A stretch of DNA of 64,000 bases from Octopus vulgaris. Taxonomy: Eukaryota. The stretch's first letter is position 1. Every line of letters begins with the position of its first letter. Below, in pieces: positions 38,150 to 52,487 of this stretch. The position numbers and the translations under genes are program-made. The notes beneath the pieces were generated by a model, which ran no database searches, was not told the DNA's origin, and worked only from the letters and a program-made list of their open reading frames with translations. The stretch is taken from assembly GCA_951406725.2 (NCBI GenBank), contig OX597815.1:109802001-109866000 (forward strand), read 5' to 3'.

Positions 38150-38281
38150 AGAAAAAGAAGAAGAAGAAGAAGAAGAAGAAGAAGAAGAAGAAGAAGAAGA
38201 AGAAAAAGAAGAAAAAGAAGAAGAAGAAGAAGAAAAAGAAAAAGAAGAAGAAGAAGAAGACAGATGATAAAGAAGACGTAA

Positions 38282-38340
<59 letters not shown>
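38150..38340. repeat. (GAA)n and (TAG)n microsatellites
   Basis: Direct inspection. Confidence 0.9.
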
Positions 38341-39070
38341 ACCTTATGCGAATACAAATAATGCCTTCCAGTAAATAAATAAAATTGAAATATTCATTTG
38401 AACTAAATTTCAAAAAGTGTCGTGAATAAATTGGAGAAAAAGAGAAAAAGCATAAAAAGAAATAAAGACTTGAAAAAGCAGTTTGGGGTGGAAGAAAAAA
38501 AAGGCAACAACAACGTAAGCAACATCAACTAAAATATCGACAAAAAACATCAAAAAAGTTAACGACGAAAAAGAATTCAGTAAAAAAATTGACAAACAAA
38601 ATAAAAGAAAAGCAATAGAGCAATAACATAAACAACTAATAAATAAATAGGATATAAAAAAAAAAGCAAAATGGTAAGAGGAACGCGGATCAATGAAAAA
38701 TGTGACTGAAAAATAAAAAGTGCCAAAAAAATATGGACAGCAAAAATGATAAAAAGAAGGTAAAAACAAAAACTACAAAGACATTGATTAGAATAGGGTG
38801 GCGGAGACGGTAGTTTTACCGGCAGCGTTTATGTGCAGACGTTAGGTATTTTTCGGTCATTCAGTCGCAAAGACATGGTACATGCTGAGGTAATTCACTT
38901 CTATTTCTCTCTCAAACCTCCTTTTCTACACACACACACATGCACGCACACACACACGCGCGCGGGCGCACACACACACAAACAAATAAATACGTACAGA
39001 TGTGTATGTATGCATATATATTTTTATACATGCGCACAAGTATATATTTATACATAATATATACATCACA

Positions 39071-39111
<41 letters not shown>

Positions 39112-39129
39112 CTATAACAGTTCATAGGT

Positions 39130-39362
39130 CTTTTCAGAGCAATACGTTGGTAAGTCCGCTTCCCGAATTTCGTGGAGTATATATTGCCGTCTCGACAGGG
39201 GTGCTGGTCCGTCGCAGGATTACTAATTATTTTTTATTAGCCAAGTGGGCTGGAGCAACATGAAGTTAAGTGTTTTACTCAAGAACATAACATAACGCCT
39301 GGATAGGAATCGAAACCAGCCTGACGAGCATGGGTGCAATATCTTTGACCATCAAGCCACTA
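39130..39362 (-). mobile_element. SINE family C
   Basis: CTGGAGCAACATGAAGTTAAGTGTTTTACTCAAGAACA...GGAATCGAAACC matches 59440-59510. Confidence 0.75.
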
Positions 39363-39658
39363 TCCTTTCTAGTTCCCTTTTTCTCCTCACCGTTCTCTAA
39401 CCGTCTCTCTCTCTCCCCTCTTTCTCTTTTTCTCTCCCTCGTTGCTCGCACGAGTCCATCGTCCATCTTTCTTTTCCTCATGTGACCATCTCTCTTTCTT
39501 GCACGGCCTTTCTAAGAACTGGACGTCTCCAAACTCTCTCTTTTATCATTGGTCATTCTTTGTATTGACCCGTTTTTTTCTCTCGTTATTTGAGTATTTA
39601 ACTCATTTGTTTACGTATTTCATGCTGTTTACTCTGGTGACGTCCTGCACCCATATAT

Positions 39659-39728
<70 letters not shown>

Positions 39729-39771
39729 ATATATATATATATATGTATGTGTATATATATATATATGTATG

Positions 39772-39813
<42 letters not shown>

Positions 39814-39883
39814 CCTTACCTTCGAACGCGGAGCAGATGAGACAGGGACAACTAATACATGTATGTATATATATATGTATATA

Positions 39884-39954
<71 letters not shown>

Positions 39955-39959
<5 letters not shown>

Positions 39960-40164
39960 TAATCCAAACAAGAAAACACAAAAAACACAACAACACGAGG
40001 ACGTGGAACAAATATAGTATTATTGGACGCTCAGGAAAGAAGGGAAGAAGGAGGGTTTAACGTTTCGAGCGGAGCTCTTCGTCGGAAACATAGGAGAAGG
40101 AAAGATCCCGAGAAGGGAAGACAGAGGAAAAAAATCGCCATCGGTACACACGAGGTCACATTTT
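39955..40164 (-). mobile_element. Family H1, copy 3 (best-preserved hammerhead-like motif at 40055-40089)
   Basis: Minus strand: GUUU-CCGACGA-A-GAGC UCC GCUC-GAAA-CGUU^-AAAC; embedded in (TA)n on both sides. Confidence 0.82.
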
Positions 40165-40165
40165 G

Positions 40166-40262
<97 letters not shown>

Positions 40263-40320
40263 CATATATATATATATATATAGGAATGTATGTATGAATA
40301 TATTTATATGTGTGTGTGTG

Positions 40321-40353
<33 letters not shown>

Positions 40354-40411
40354 ATAATCAAACACACACATACGCATTCTTCACCACTGCGGCACGCGAT
40401 TACATGCACAT

Positions 40412-40491
<80 letters not shown>

Positions 40492-42319
40492 GTAGGTAGG
40501 TAGGTAGGTAGGTAGATAGGTAGGTAGGTAGGTAGGTAGGTAGGTAGGCTGGTAATTACGTAGGTAGGTAGCTAGGTATGAAGGGGTGATAATGAAAGGT
40601 TCCTGATTTGGGTAAAAGAAAATACAGTTGGATCAGATAATTATTATTTTATTGAGCTTATTTCCCTCCCAGATTCACATACTTATTGCCACGGTCCTTC
40701 AGTTTTTCTAAGCTCTATCAAAAAGCTCGGAACTTTGGGCCTCCTGCCGGGCATTTCGCGACATCCTTAAAACCAGGAACTTTTCAATACCTCTTCGTAA
40801 GTCCTCAGTTTACTTGTACAGAGAAATATGGTATTGACAGTAACGTTCATTGTACTCTGTATATTCCATTACCATCATCATTATAGAAATAATCTTAGAA
40901 AATAAATATCTTTGTCTCTGACTTGTTGTGGAACGAAGCAAATTACTTCAGAAACTTCCGTTTTGATAAAAACATACCCACAAGTATGTAAGTATTTCAA
41001 ATTTACTAAAATAATTTCTTTGCCCGTAGGTCTCTTTTGATGTAGATTCACTGACTCAAGCAAAACAGGATCTATTCAAACTCGCTCGTTTAATTTCCCT
41101 GATACGTTCTTATAGTTTCGTATTCATTCTCTTGAGCGCGACTGCTATATCTAGTAACGTTGCACAGGATCCTTTCCCTAGCAACTTAAGAAACGAATAG
41201 TCGACGAAAATCTAACATTATTGTAGCTCTGAAACTATCTGTCTGTCTGTCTGTCTGCTTGTTTATGTATTTATTTACTTATTTATTTATCTATTTATCA
41301 ACCAATCTACCTAATTATCTGCCTGTTTATCTATTTATCTATCGAGATGTCTCGAAACATTGACATAAGATAGCTAAATATACTTATATTGTTTTTTCTT
41401 TAAGCATATCTGAGATTAAATCTTCTTGTTCGTTTCACATAATTTTTTATAGTTCCAAACAATTTCTAATTAAATTTTGAGCAGTTAATAAATGCATCGA
41501 GCTGGTAAATTAAGATGAGTCATCTGAAGTACTAGAGACACATCTCAAAAGTTTACTACCATCTCTAGTTGTTGACGATCGCTCTCTTCGACTTCCAGCG
41601 AACTGATATGCTAATCTGATCTTTGTAAGATTTCTGTGCCTAGAACGACGCGTATAGTTTCGCCTTGCCTTGATCTTGTCTATGTTGACCATGCATATCT
41701 CGAACTTGTGATCTGTGTAAGAAGCCATCCAAAAGCGTATCAACAGTGTACCCCATCTGTTGACTCATTAAAGTCAGACCCGTATAACTAAGTTGGTTTG
41801 TGAGAATTGGGCATGCCTCTCTCCTATCACCTACTCCACATACAATCTCAAGGTGTGCATCTGACATGCCATTCTGGAAGGCTACTTATATAGATGTGTG
41901 TGATGTTCGCAAAAATACTTTTGCACGCCTGAAGAAGTCTAGTCACCTGTCTCCCTCAAATTATAAATAGGTACGTGTTTGAATGTACTACTTCCGCTGT
42001 TATTCTTGTGCAAAAAAAAAAACAACTTAATAACAGGGCCAATAAAATTGTCGTTTCCTCGACATCAAAGCATTTTCGAAACATCGCAGTGCCAGCGGGT
42101 TATATGGTCTGAAGGTAGTCTCTTAGAAGAATTATGATTTGAGGCGTCCCTCACTGCCTTAGGATATTTATTTCTGCCTTGTTCCTTTCTGAGTAAATTT
42201 CCACTGTTCACTCGTCTGAGAACATGACCGCGGCTTCTTCCTCTATTTCCTCAGATTGGAGTCACAGCTAGACCCACCAGCACACTGATTAAGCCATAAA
42301 CGAATGCTTAAGTCGATAT

Positions 42320-42890
42320 AAACGGTATATTGAAGTATATATAATTCATATACTGTAATCTATATAATCTATATTTGGAAGTTGGTGTAATTGATGTATT
42401 GAAATCGATGTATTGAAGTCTATATAATTTATATATTGAAGTCTATATAATTTATATATTGAAGTCTATATAATCATTGCTTGGAAGTCAATATAATCGA
42501 CGTATTGAAATCAATATAATTAATATATTGGCGACTTTATAATCAATATATTAAAATCGAAATAATTTATATATTTAAGTCTATATAAATGATATTTTAC
42601 AATTGAAACAATGGATAAAGTAAGGTCGATATAATCGACAGATTTAAATCAATATAGTCACTATATTGAAATTTATAAACAACATATTGGAGCCTATGCA
42701 ATCTATGAATTGAAATCAATATAACAGCTATATTGAAGTTAATGCAATCGATATAATGAACTCGATATAGTCGATGTATTGTAATTGATGTGATGATATA
42801 TTGAAATCGATATAACCGACATGCTGAAAGCCATATAACTGATGTGTTAAGGAGAAGATCATTGGTATATTGAAGTCGAAATAATAGATT
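42320..42890. repeat. Degenerate ~21-bp minisatellite (ATATTGAAGTCTATATAATTT-like)
   Basis: TATTGAA(G/A)TC recurs with ~21-bp spacing; three near-exact copies at ~42411-42473. Confidence 0.8.
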
Positions 42891-43274
42891 GTAAATCTTT
42901 CTCATCCAGCCCCTCCACAAAAACGTGGAATTCTGAAATTGTTGCAAAACTCTGTTCCTATCATCAGAAAACATAACTGGCGAACCGAGTAGACAACAAA
43001 ATTTTAATATTCAGTTGATCCGCATCACCTTATATTACTTACATCAAACCGTCATTTGATGTAAGCAATATATGTCTTGTTGTAGCCATGCTACTCCGTG
43101 TCCGTTATTCACTTGCATGTACATCACTTAAAACTGAAACTTTAAACTTTACGTTTAAATTTCATTCATAAAAGGAATGAGGCATATACCTACAACGACA
43201 TTATCTGCTCACTATCTGTAAGATATAAACCTAGGAGTTTTCCTTCAATTGTTATAGGTTAATCAGGTATATTG

Positions 43275-43472
43275 GTTTCAAATTCTGGCACAAGGTCAAA
43301 TGGATAGTCGATAACAGGGACCCCAGTGTTCAACAGGTACTTATTGTATCGAACCCTTAAACGATGAAAGGTAAAGTAAACCTCGGCAGAATTTAAACTC
43401 AGAGTATAAAGACGGACGAATGCCGCTAAGCATTTTGCTCAGCGTGCTAACAATTTTGCCACTTCGCCGCTC
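43275..43472 (-). mobile_element. SINE family B (MetaSINE-like)
   Basis: GATGAAAGGTAAAGTAAACCTCGGCAGAATTTAAACTCAG...CGTGCTAAC...TTCGCCGC is the reverse complement of family B. Confidence 0.8.
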
Positions 43473-45336
43473 TAAGGTTAACCAGATATATTATAGCTAA
43501 GGAATTGCATCTTGCATCAGAGATATCCCTATTATAGTCATCACCATAATCATTATCTTTATTTCTTCACCTACATCATGACGGAATTATTGTAAATATT
43601 TTGCTGTTTTAGTAAACAGTGTTAAATATTATTGGGATAAGAAAAAAAAAAAAAACTTTTCTCACGAGTCTGGAGACTTCATTAAAAAATCGAGGCTTCT
43701 TTCGTTTTTAAGTGTTCCCAGCAATGCGAATTTGGTTTGGCATTGAAGCTGCTTTTTGATAGAATGTGCGCTTGTTAGGAATAAAAGTTTCTTTTCTTTT
43801 CTGTTGTTTTTCATTGCTAAATTCAGCGTAGCTGTCCGAAAAGTTTTCTCGTGACATAGGACTAGTTTTTCTTCATTCTTAAGATTCAGACTCAAATATT
43901 CTACATATTAATCATTGTTTATTTTTTATATATTTTTTTCTGGGTGGGGATGTAATTTACATAAGTAAAATTATGATGAGCGTTATAACTATTCGTTAAT
44001 TTATCGGCAGATTTTATATACGAAAGTGTTTCATCTAAAATTTGTTGTGTGCGGTTAAGCTCATAATGTTCCCACTTAATGCTACTAAGATTTGGGGGAT
44101 TGCATAATGATATCTCATTCTCGATCATTTGAAATCTGCTTCTAGTTCCATTCAACTGTTTTTGATCCATTGCTGGATTAAAAACTCGGCATGTTGTCGC
44201 CAGCCAGTCTATGCTGGTGATAGATCAGCCTGTCCCTGCTGGTTAATTTCAAGTTGGATACGATGCTTCTGGTGATAAGCTACGGCTATGAGCACTTAGG
44301 AATAACTTTGAGTTCAGAACATAAACGAGCCGGGACAACTAACGCAAGACATCATGCCATGCTATAACGATTGCGTCAGTCTATCACCATGACTGGTTCT
44401 TTATTTTTTCGACTCCAAAAGATTAAAAAAAAATGTTGACTTCAGCGGGATTTGAACTAACTATTTGGAATAAAAACTCCCTAAAGAATATATTGAATCG
44501 CCGCCTGAAAATCCTTCGAATCAACTGAAATTTCAATGAATGCAGCAGTGCACTCTGTCATTTGTAACATATCAGTGCTAGTATTTTACATTATTTTCCG
44601 GACTGGAATACATTAATTACATTCCTCCTGTATGAGGGTGCACCTACGTGATCGGTTGACCCGTTAGAAATAATAGCTAAAATCTCCTTCAATCGCCGAC
44701 TACATTCTTCAAAGAAATGCAGATTGTATAATATAGAGCTGGACAAATTGACAGAAATCAAAGCCAGGCGGTCATAAATAGAACACATTTGTTCGTAAGC
44801 TTACACAATTTCAAGTGCAATCTGAGAATAAATAACCCCAACCTCAAATAGATAACACTACCTTGCCGTCCATATATTTACACACAGTATCTTAACTAAC
44901 ATATCCTTCGCTTTCATATATACATAAACCGGTTCGTGTGATTTTAGAGAGGATAGGCTTCTTTATCTGTTAGAGCAAACGACCACCTAGATATTCCACA
45001 TTGCCGGGGATGGCGTTGAGAGTTGCGCTGAGTTGAGAATGTGTATGATTTGTATTGGCAAGGAACGTGTTGCAAACTAGCGGTCCCTGTGTCATGCACT
45101 GAGAAGAAGTCATTGTTTCTAAATTTATATATACCTGGACTCATCTCACCCAACAACTCCATATTTGAAAAGGCCATGATATCACAAAACTTCACTTGAA
45201 GGTGACTTAACAGATCTTATTAGGCGTAGCTATTAAGTTAGATATGGCTTCGGCCAATCTTTGACCGAAACATATCTAAGCAAAGTAATTATTTATGTAA
45301 TAAAAGTAGATATGTGACTACAAGTTAACCGGCAGG

Positions 45337-45337
<1 letters not shown>

Positions 45338-45406
<69 letters not shown>

Positions 45407-45470
45407 GTACCTATCTATCTATCTATATATCTATTTGTCTGTCTAACTAACTTACGAATAATCTATCGTA

Positions 45471-45519
<49 letters not shown>

Positions 45520-45541
45520 GTTATTATTATTATTATAATTA

Positions 45542-45611
<70 letters not shown>

Positions 45612-45625
45612 CATTATTATTATAA
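45338..45625. repeat. (ATCT)n and long (TAT)n microsatellites
   Basis: Direct inspection. Confidence 0.92.
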
Positions 45626-46396
45626 ATAATATTCAATATATATCTTATGTATGTGGTGAGAAACTCCCATAAAAATCCATATCATGACGAAATACATGTA
45701 GCAATACATTAATAAAAAATATAAAAATTTCCAAACGTGAAATATTTCTTCTTATTGATATATAATGAGGAAAGAACATGTCAAATTGACATTACAATTG
45801 TTTCCGTAAAGGGAAACTATTTTTATTTCATATGCAATCTAATACAATTCATACAATATTATGTCATACATGCCGTAATCTATAGAAATAAAAAAAAACA
45901 ACACTAGTCCACTTGCTTCCCAAATTATAATGATGCGAAGGAACCACGGACCAAATGAATGTTTTAGGGTGAGTTAATTTGCGCTTGTCACCATAGATAA
46001 ATAGACCGAACACTTGTAGCTTCCACTTGATATTACCTGCAGGTTATTGCATAACATTGCATGAAACGCATAACGCTGTATGAGATGTGGAATAAAAGTG
46101 TTGTCGGTTTACAGACTTCTTTCCTCATTTAGTTATTACTTTTATTATACACACTGAGGGGCTTATATAAAGCCTGCTGGATATTACCTAGTAGGTGTGT
46201 GGTTCATATCGATCTTATGGAGCTCCTTTTGATTTTGAAATACTACACTAGCCAAGACCCGGCATTGTGTGCTAATAAGATGATAGCTAGAATTAAATTT
46301 TTCCCTCAATCTCCCTCTCTCTCTTCACGAGCGTTAAACTAATACATCCGTTTACTGTTTACACACCCGTCTTCATCTTTTGTTTTTTGTAAATTT

Positions 46397-46456
<60 letters not shown>

Positions 46457-46479
46457 ATGTGACAATTAGTCGGTTGCCA

Positions 46480-46543
46480 TAGTAAAAACTCAGAGTTTCG
46501 GATGTCGGGGAGAAAGGCTGCTCCGGCATCTCGTCAGTTATTA
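46480..46543 (-). ncRNA. Hammerhead motif in the PLE pseudo-LTR
   Basis: Minus strand: UAAUAA-CUGACGA-GAUGCCGG...CCGACAUC-C-GAAA-CUCUGAG-UU^-UUUACUA; helix I is imperfect. Confidence 0.65.
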
Positions 46544-46546
46544 AGA

Positions 46547-46894
46547 CTCTTTACTCTTTTTACTCTTTTACTTGTTTCAGTCATTTGACTGCGGCCATGC
46601 TGGGGCACCGCCTTTAGTCGAGCAAATCGACCCCGGGACTTATTCTTTGTAAGCCCAGTACTTATTCTATCGGTCTCTTTTGCCGAACCGCTAAGTGACG
46701 GGGACGTAAACACACCACCATATACAGACAAACACAGACACACACATATATATACATATATATACATATATACGACAGGCTTCTTTCAGTTTCCGTCTAC
46801 CAAATCCACTCACAAGGCATTGGTCGGCCCGGGGCTATAGCAGAAGACACTTGCCCAAGATGCCACGCAGTGGGACTGAACCCGGAACCATGTG
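46547..46894 (-). mobile_element. Young 5'-truncated SINE family A nested in the PLE pseudo-LTR
   Basis: Close match to 37322-37770; tail (TAAAAGAG)3; absent from the inverted pLTR copy at 48630-48650. Confidence 0.9.
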
Positions 46895-47419
46895 AAACAA
46901 TAATGCTATGAAAATGACCGTTAAATAAATGGAAATTACCCAAACAAGGAAAAAGTGAAATTAGTTAAAGATAAAACCCCGCTCATAGAATCCGCGTATG
47001 CACTCGTGTACATACATACACATGCGCGCGCACATATCCATGTGCATGTGCATATATGCATATACTCACTCACACTCGTGTGAAACACATACATGCACAC
47101 ACAACCGCACACACATATATATATATGCATCCATACATATTTAAACATATACATATATACCTACACACCCTCACACACACACGTATAAATACCCATACAC
47201 GCATAATTATGTTCATATACACGTCTCCGTATGCACATGCGCAAATATACAGAGTGAAGGGTAATGTACCAAAAATATATAAATATATAAAGCAATAAAA
47301 TATATAAAAAGATATATATAGAAATATGTAAAAATACAAAAATATATATGTAAGAAATGAAATGCTTGTACGTGGACACAATATAAAAAACAGGTTCTAC
47401 CTGTGGTCTTGGTGGGGGA

Positions 47420-48365
47420 CGAAAAACGTAACAAATATTTAACCATGTGTGGACATGATCCGAAAAGTTCAGTTCTTGAATTTAAACATGTAGCGGAACC
47501 TAAGGAGCTTTTCCAGATAAGCCATCTTTCCATAACACAAAGATCGCACTTTCTACTGCCGTTGGTGCAAGGCTTACACTTGGCTAAGATCTTCCAATGA
47601 ATGTTATAGTTGACACCTTTTTCTTTTAAGGGACATATATAACTGGATAATTTGGTTGATTTTCTTTTTTCCCAGTGTCTGAAGCTTGTTGAACCTGGCT
47701 TTGAAATTCCCCTCTGTGAGACCCACATATTTCTTTGACGAAACTATGTCCTTAGTGTTTGTAGAGTCTACGGTGGCTTCAAAAATGATGGTCTCGGACA
47801 TGCAAGCTCCACTTAGCGGACACAAATTTTTATCCCTGCATGAACAGCTGGTTTTATTTTGTTGTTTTTGTATGTTGTGTGCAATTATATTTTTAAAATT
47901 AGTAGTTGAGCTAAAACTAATTTTTAGGTTATGCCTATTGAAGAGCTTTCTATAATTATGATTGATTTGAAAATGTCTATCTATAAGAGATAAGAAATAT
48001 TTACCTATATTAAAGGTTTTCGGGGGAGTAAGGAGGTGTGAAACAAATATTTTTCCTATTCTTATTTTTCTTTATTACTGGATTGGTGGCAGGTGTATAG
48101 GTTATTTCCTCGCTAAATCCACTATCTTTAAGAGCTTTATTATATATTGGGGCAACACTATTAAAAATGTTTCTATCGAAGGAGAGGCTAGAAATTCTCT
48201 TGCTAATGTTTATAACAAAATTCTTAAACACACTGGGGGTATGGCAGGAACCTACATTAATATAACTAAGTCTATCGTTGGGCTGCCTATAAGGTTTGTA
48301 AATATTCTTATTTAAATCTAAGGGTGCATCTAGAAAATTGACAACCGTCAGGTTGGTATCTGTAG
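47420..48365 (-). pseudogene. Frameshifted PLE ORF remnant: RT thumb, Cys linker, GIY-YIG endonuclease
   Basis: VNFLD..LDL, YKPYRQPN..LSYIN..SCH, FTPPYS, CSCRDKNLCPLSGAC, IIFEATV...YVGLTE..FKARF, CDLCVME, LNSRTE, CPH (ORFs 48010..48465, 47604..47825, 47213..47728). Confidence 0.88.
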
Positions 48366-49199
48366 TTATACTATGTGTTTCATGCGAGTGTGAGTGAGTA
48401 TATGCATATATGCACATGCACGTGGGTATGCGTGCGCGAATGTGTATGTATGAGCATCCACGCATATGTGGATTCTATGAGCGGGGTTTTACCTTCTTCG
48501 AGTAATTTTACTTTCTCTGGATTCGGGTAATTTCTCTTTATTTAATGATCATTCTCGTAGCTCTTCTGTTTGTCTTAATAACGGTCATCTTCATAGTAAT
48601 TTCCCTTTATTTAACGGTCATTTTCATAGCATTTTTGTTTGTATTAATAACTGACGAGATGCCGGAGCAGGCTTCTACTCCGGTATCTGTCAAAGGGCGG
48701 ACGAACGTCTCAATGTCAACGGCTATCCAATACTGTGACTGTGCACACAAGCTCGTTCTGGTTATTTCTGAAGGTCAGCAATAGTTACTGCAGTAACCAT
48801 CGGCAAAATAGTGACTTTAGTGCAGGAAACACAGAGGCCGTGCAAAGGATTGGTACTTTTTCAACAATGGGCAGGCACAATAGATTCAGTCAGCAGAAAG
48901 CTATGAGAATAAGATTGTAAGCATAGTGTACTACATAATGGGGAATGAGTAGCGCCCTTGTCATTGTTAGAGGATCACTCTAAAAGAAGGAAGAATCCAA
49001 TTTAAAATATGCGACTCGATGCAACCAATGATGTCGGTTACTTCTTTTTGTTTTAGGGGCACCTGTCATCGTTGCACAGAGACCGGGATTGGTTTTGTGC
49101 AAGGCTTCTCTTCACATTCAAAAGCATCCTGCATGTGCATTGCTTCAAGTACCTGCATTGTCATCTCATACGCAAGAACGAGGAAGCGGCCATCATATA

Positions 49200-49200
49200 T

Positions 49201-49262
<62 letters not shown>

Positions 49263-49327
49263 TTGTGTATGTATGTACCTGTATATATATATGTGTGTGT
49301 ATAAACTGCATATAAATAAATATATAC

Positions 49328-49381
<54 letters not shown>

Positions 49382-49446
49382 TTGTGTATGTATGTACCTG
49401 TATATATATATGTGTGTGTATAAACTGCATATAAATAAATATATAC

Positions 49447-49500
<54 letters not shown>
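49200..49500. repeat. 119-bp tandem duplication anchored in (TA)n
   Basis: ACTTGTGTATGTATGTACCTG...AAACTGCATATAAATAAA starts at 49261 and again at 49380. Confidence 0.9.
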
Positions 49501-49504
<4 letters not shown>

Positions 49505-50020
49505 GTGCAAATATATACATAAATTTTTATGTGTGATCTAGTATGAATGTTTACATGTATGGTGGATGTCAACATATACACATCTAACACGGACAGACGA
49601 GAGAAATTTCATTTTATTTCATTATAAAATTATTCTATTATTGAAAGACTTTCCAAATCAAGATTCTTTACGTTTTTTTCTTTTTTAAAGAAGTTTGCAC
49701 GTAAAATCAGCTTTAACATTTTTTCTTTAAATTATTTCTTCTCGTTTGTCTATTTCGCTCTGAAGATGCTCCTTTCCCCTCAGATCACTTCATAGAATAG
49801 CATCCTTTAAGTCTTTTGAAGTTTCTCTTTTGCTTGTTATTACTTGCTCTTTTATTAAAATAAAGGATCACACTTGCTCCCACCAATTCTTACAATTTCT
49901 TTCATTTTGCATATTGATGTCTCTTCTTTCATAGTTTTCATTATTGTTTTGATATTTTTTGTTCACTTTTCAATTCATTTTCTTTTCATTTCAAGAATAT
50001 ATATGAATAAGCATACAAAT

Positions 50021-50059
<39 letters not shown>

Positions 50060-50351
50060 TGTATGTATGTATGTATGTATGTATGTATGTATGTATGTAT
50101 GTATATGACTTTTCAATGGAAAGGATATTTAAGTTGAAACGTTTATTTCTATATTTTTTATATATAAATTTTAAATCGTCTGCTTTCAGTGAATTTTCCT
50201 TTTCATTTTTTTTTTTTTCGCTTTCATTTTAGTCTTCAATCTTGTATCTTGTCTACTTTTTCTATACTCATTTATCTCCGTACACACACATAGATACATG
50301 TCTATATATATATATATATGTGCGAGCGCGTTTGTGAGTGTGTGTGTGTAT

Positions 50352-50437
<86 letters not shown>

Positions 50438-50758
50438 CAAGAAAGAAAGAGAAAGCATGGATGACAAAATTGAGAGGGAGACACCAACTTTTAAAAATAA
50501 TGACAAAAATTTCCAGTTCGTCTCGGTTTTCTTTTATAACTCTTTGATCTAATTCTGAATTGAAAGTTGCTTTCTTTAACTTTATTTAATTTTCGAATTC
50601 ATTTGATGTATTTACACGTTTTAAACTTACCGAAAAACCTTCACCCATCCTCTTACACATTCACAAGTCTCAAAGAATATCTACGAATACACAAATATAT
50701 AAGTACGTCTGCACACTGTATTCAGCTTACATGCGTACGTACATACATGCACATATTT

Positions 50759-50791
<33 letters not shown>

Positions 50792-50910
50792 AAATATATA
50801 AATATATATACATATAAATGAACATAGATATATATACATATTTATATATATATATATACACATATAGATACATATATATATACACACATATTATATATAC
50901 AAATATATAT

Positions 50911-50960
<50 letters not shown>

Positions 50961-51301
50961 GTATTTATCGTAAAATATATTTGCCAACTTAATGTGGCGG
51001 TCCAACAGAGCACGATGTTACATGTATATGTGTGTGAGTTTGTGTATGTGTATGTGAGCGCGTATGTGTGTGTGTATACATATGTATATATATACATATA
51101 TATATATACATACATACATACACAGACATATATAAATATAGATTCATACATTCACTTATACACACACACACGCGCACACACACGTACGCACACACACACA
51201 CATACACATATCTATGGGTCCCATGCTCTGTAGATTTTATGTTATCAGCCTGTTATTGTTATCAGAAATGCCTTGTCCAAGTGATCATGATAAGCGGATT
51301 G

Positions 51302-51348
<47 letters not shown>

Positions 51349-51445
51349 TATAAACCTGCAAGCATGCATATATACATACGTACATGTAAGTATATGTTTG
51401 TATATATGGATATGTACATATATGTATGTGTGTATGTATGCTTGC

Positions 51446-51507
<62 letters not shown>

Positions 51508-52008
51508 GCAAACGTATATACATACGTACATGTAGGTATATATTTTTATATATATGGATATGTACATACGTATGTGCGTTTTTATACACGTTATACACAC
51601 ATACGCTCAAACGTACACGCCTAACATGAAATGCGTGGATGATAACGTACACACCTCCTTCCATTGTTTGTCTTTCCGTTCTCTTCTCTTCCGCTCTCTC
51701 GCTCTTCTTGTCTCTTTGATATAATCTCTCCTTTTTACTTCCACTCTCCTTTTTGTTCTCCTAAAGGTTTTGTTTCCATCTGTAACTTTAATTTCTTCAG
51801 TATACATCAAATTATAGGATTTACTAAGCTTCCATTTCATATCCTGTATTTATTATTCTTCCTCGTCAATTTTCCTTTCCACCACCATCACCACCACCAT
51901 TGCCATTCTTCTCTTTCCTATTATATATATGTCCCTTGCTCTTTCTGTTTTCCCTTTCTGTCTTGCAAACACATACCCAAACTCACGCATACATGTATGC
52001 ATGTTTTC

Positions 52009-52081
<73 letters not shown>

Positions 52082-52118
52082 CATGTATACTTACATAAAA
52101 ATGTACTTAAAAACGCAC

Positions 52119-52162
<44 letters not shown>

Positions 52163-52294
52163 TTAAATACACAGGAACATTTTGTACACATTTTATTGTT
52201 CGTTCCTTTTGAAATTTCCCATTCACCAACCGTCCTTCCGCTCTTCCGCCTTCTGTACAATCCATACCAACCAACTTTCACCTATCTACTACTT

Positions 52295-52393
52295 TACTAC
52301 TGCTGCTGCTGCTACTACTGCTGCTGCTGCTACTACTGCTGCTGCTAGCCAAACTAGAAGAAGAAGAAGAAGAAGAAGAAGAAGAAGAAGAAG

Positions 52394-52487
<94 letters not shown>
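52295..52487. repeat. (CTG/CTA)n-(GAA)n-(TAG)n microsatellites
   Basis: Direct inspection. Confidence 0.92.

Larger units (their letters stand above)
46453..48690 (-). mobile_element. 5'-truncated Penelope-like element with an inverted pseudo-LTR
   Basis: Minus-strand RT C-terminus plus GIY-YIG remnants at ~47420-48365; the 3' non-coding segment (46470-47095, minus) is repeated in inverted orientation at 48372-48690; ends at (TA)n. Confidence 0.9.

Noticed and set aside
41500-41950. Minus ORFs 41510..41743 and 41640..41867 as coding sequence
   Set aside because: Short, overlapping and motif-free; probably decayed retroelement, but not assignable.
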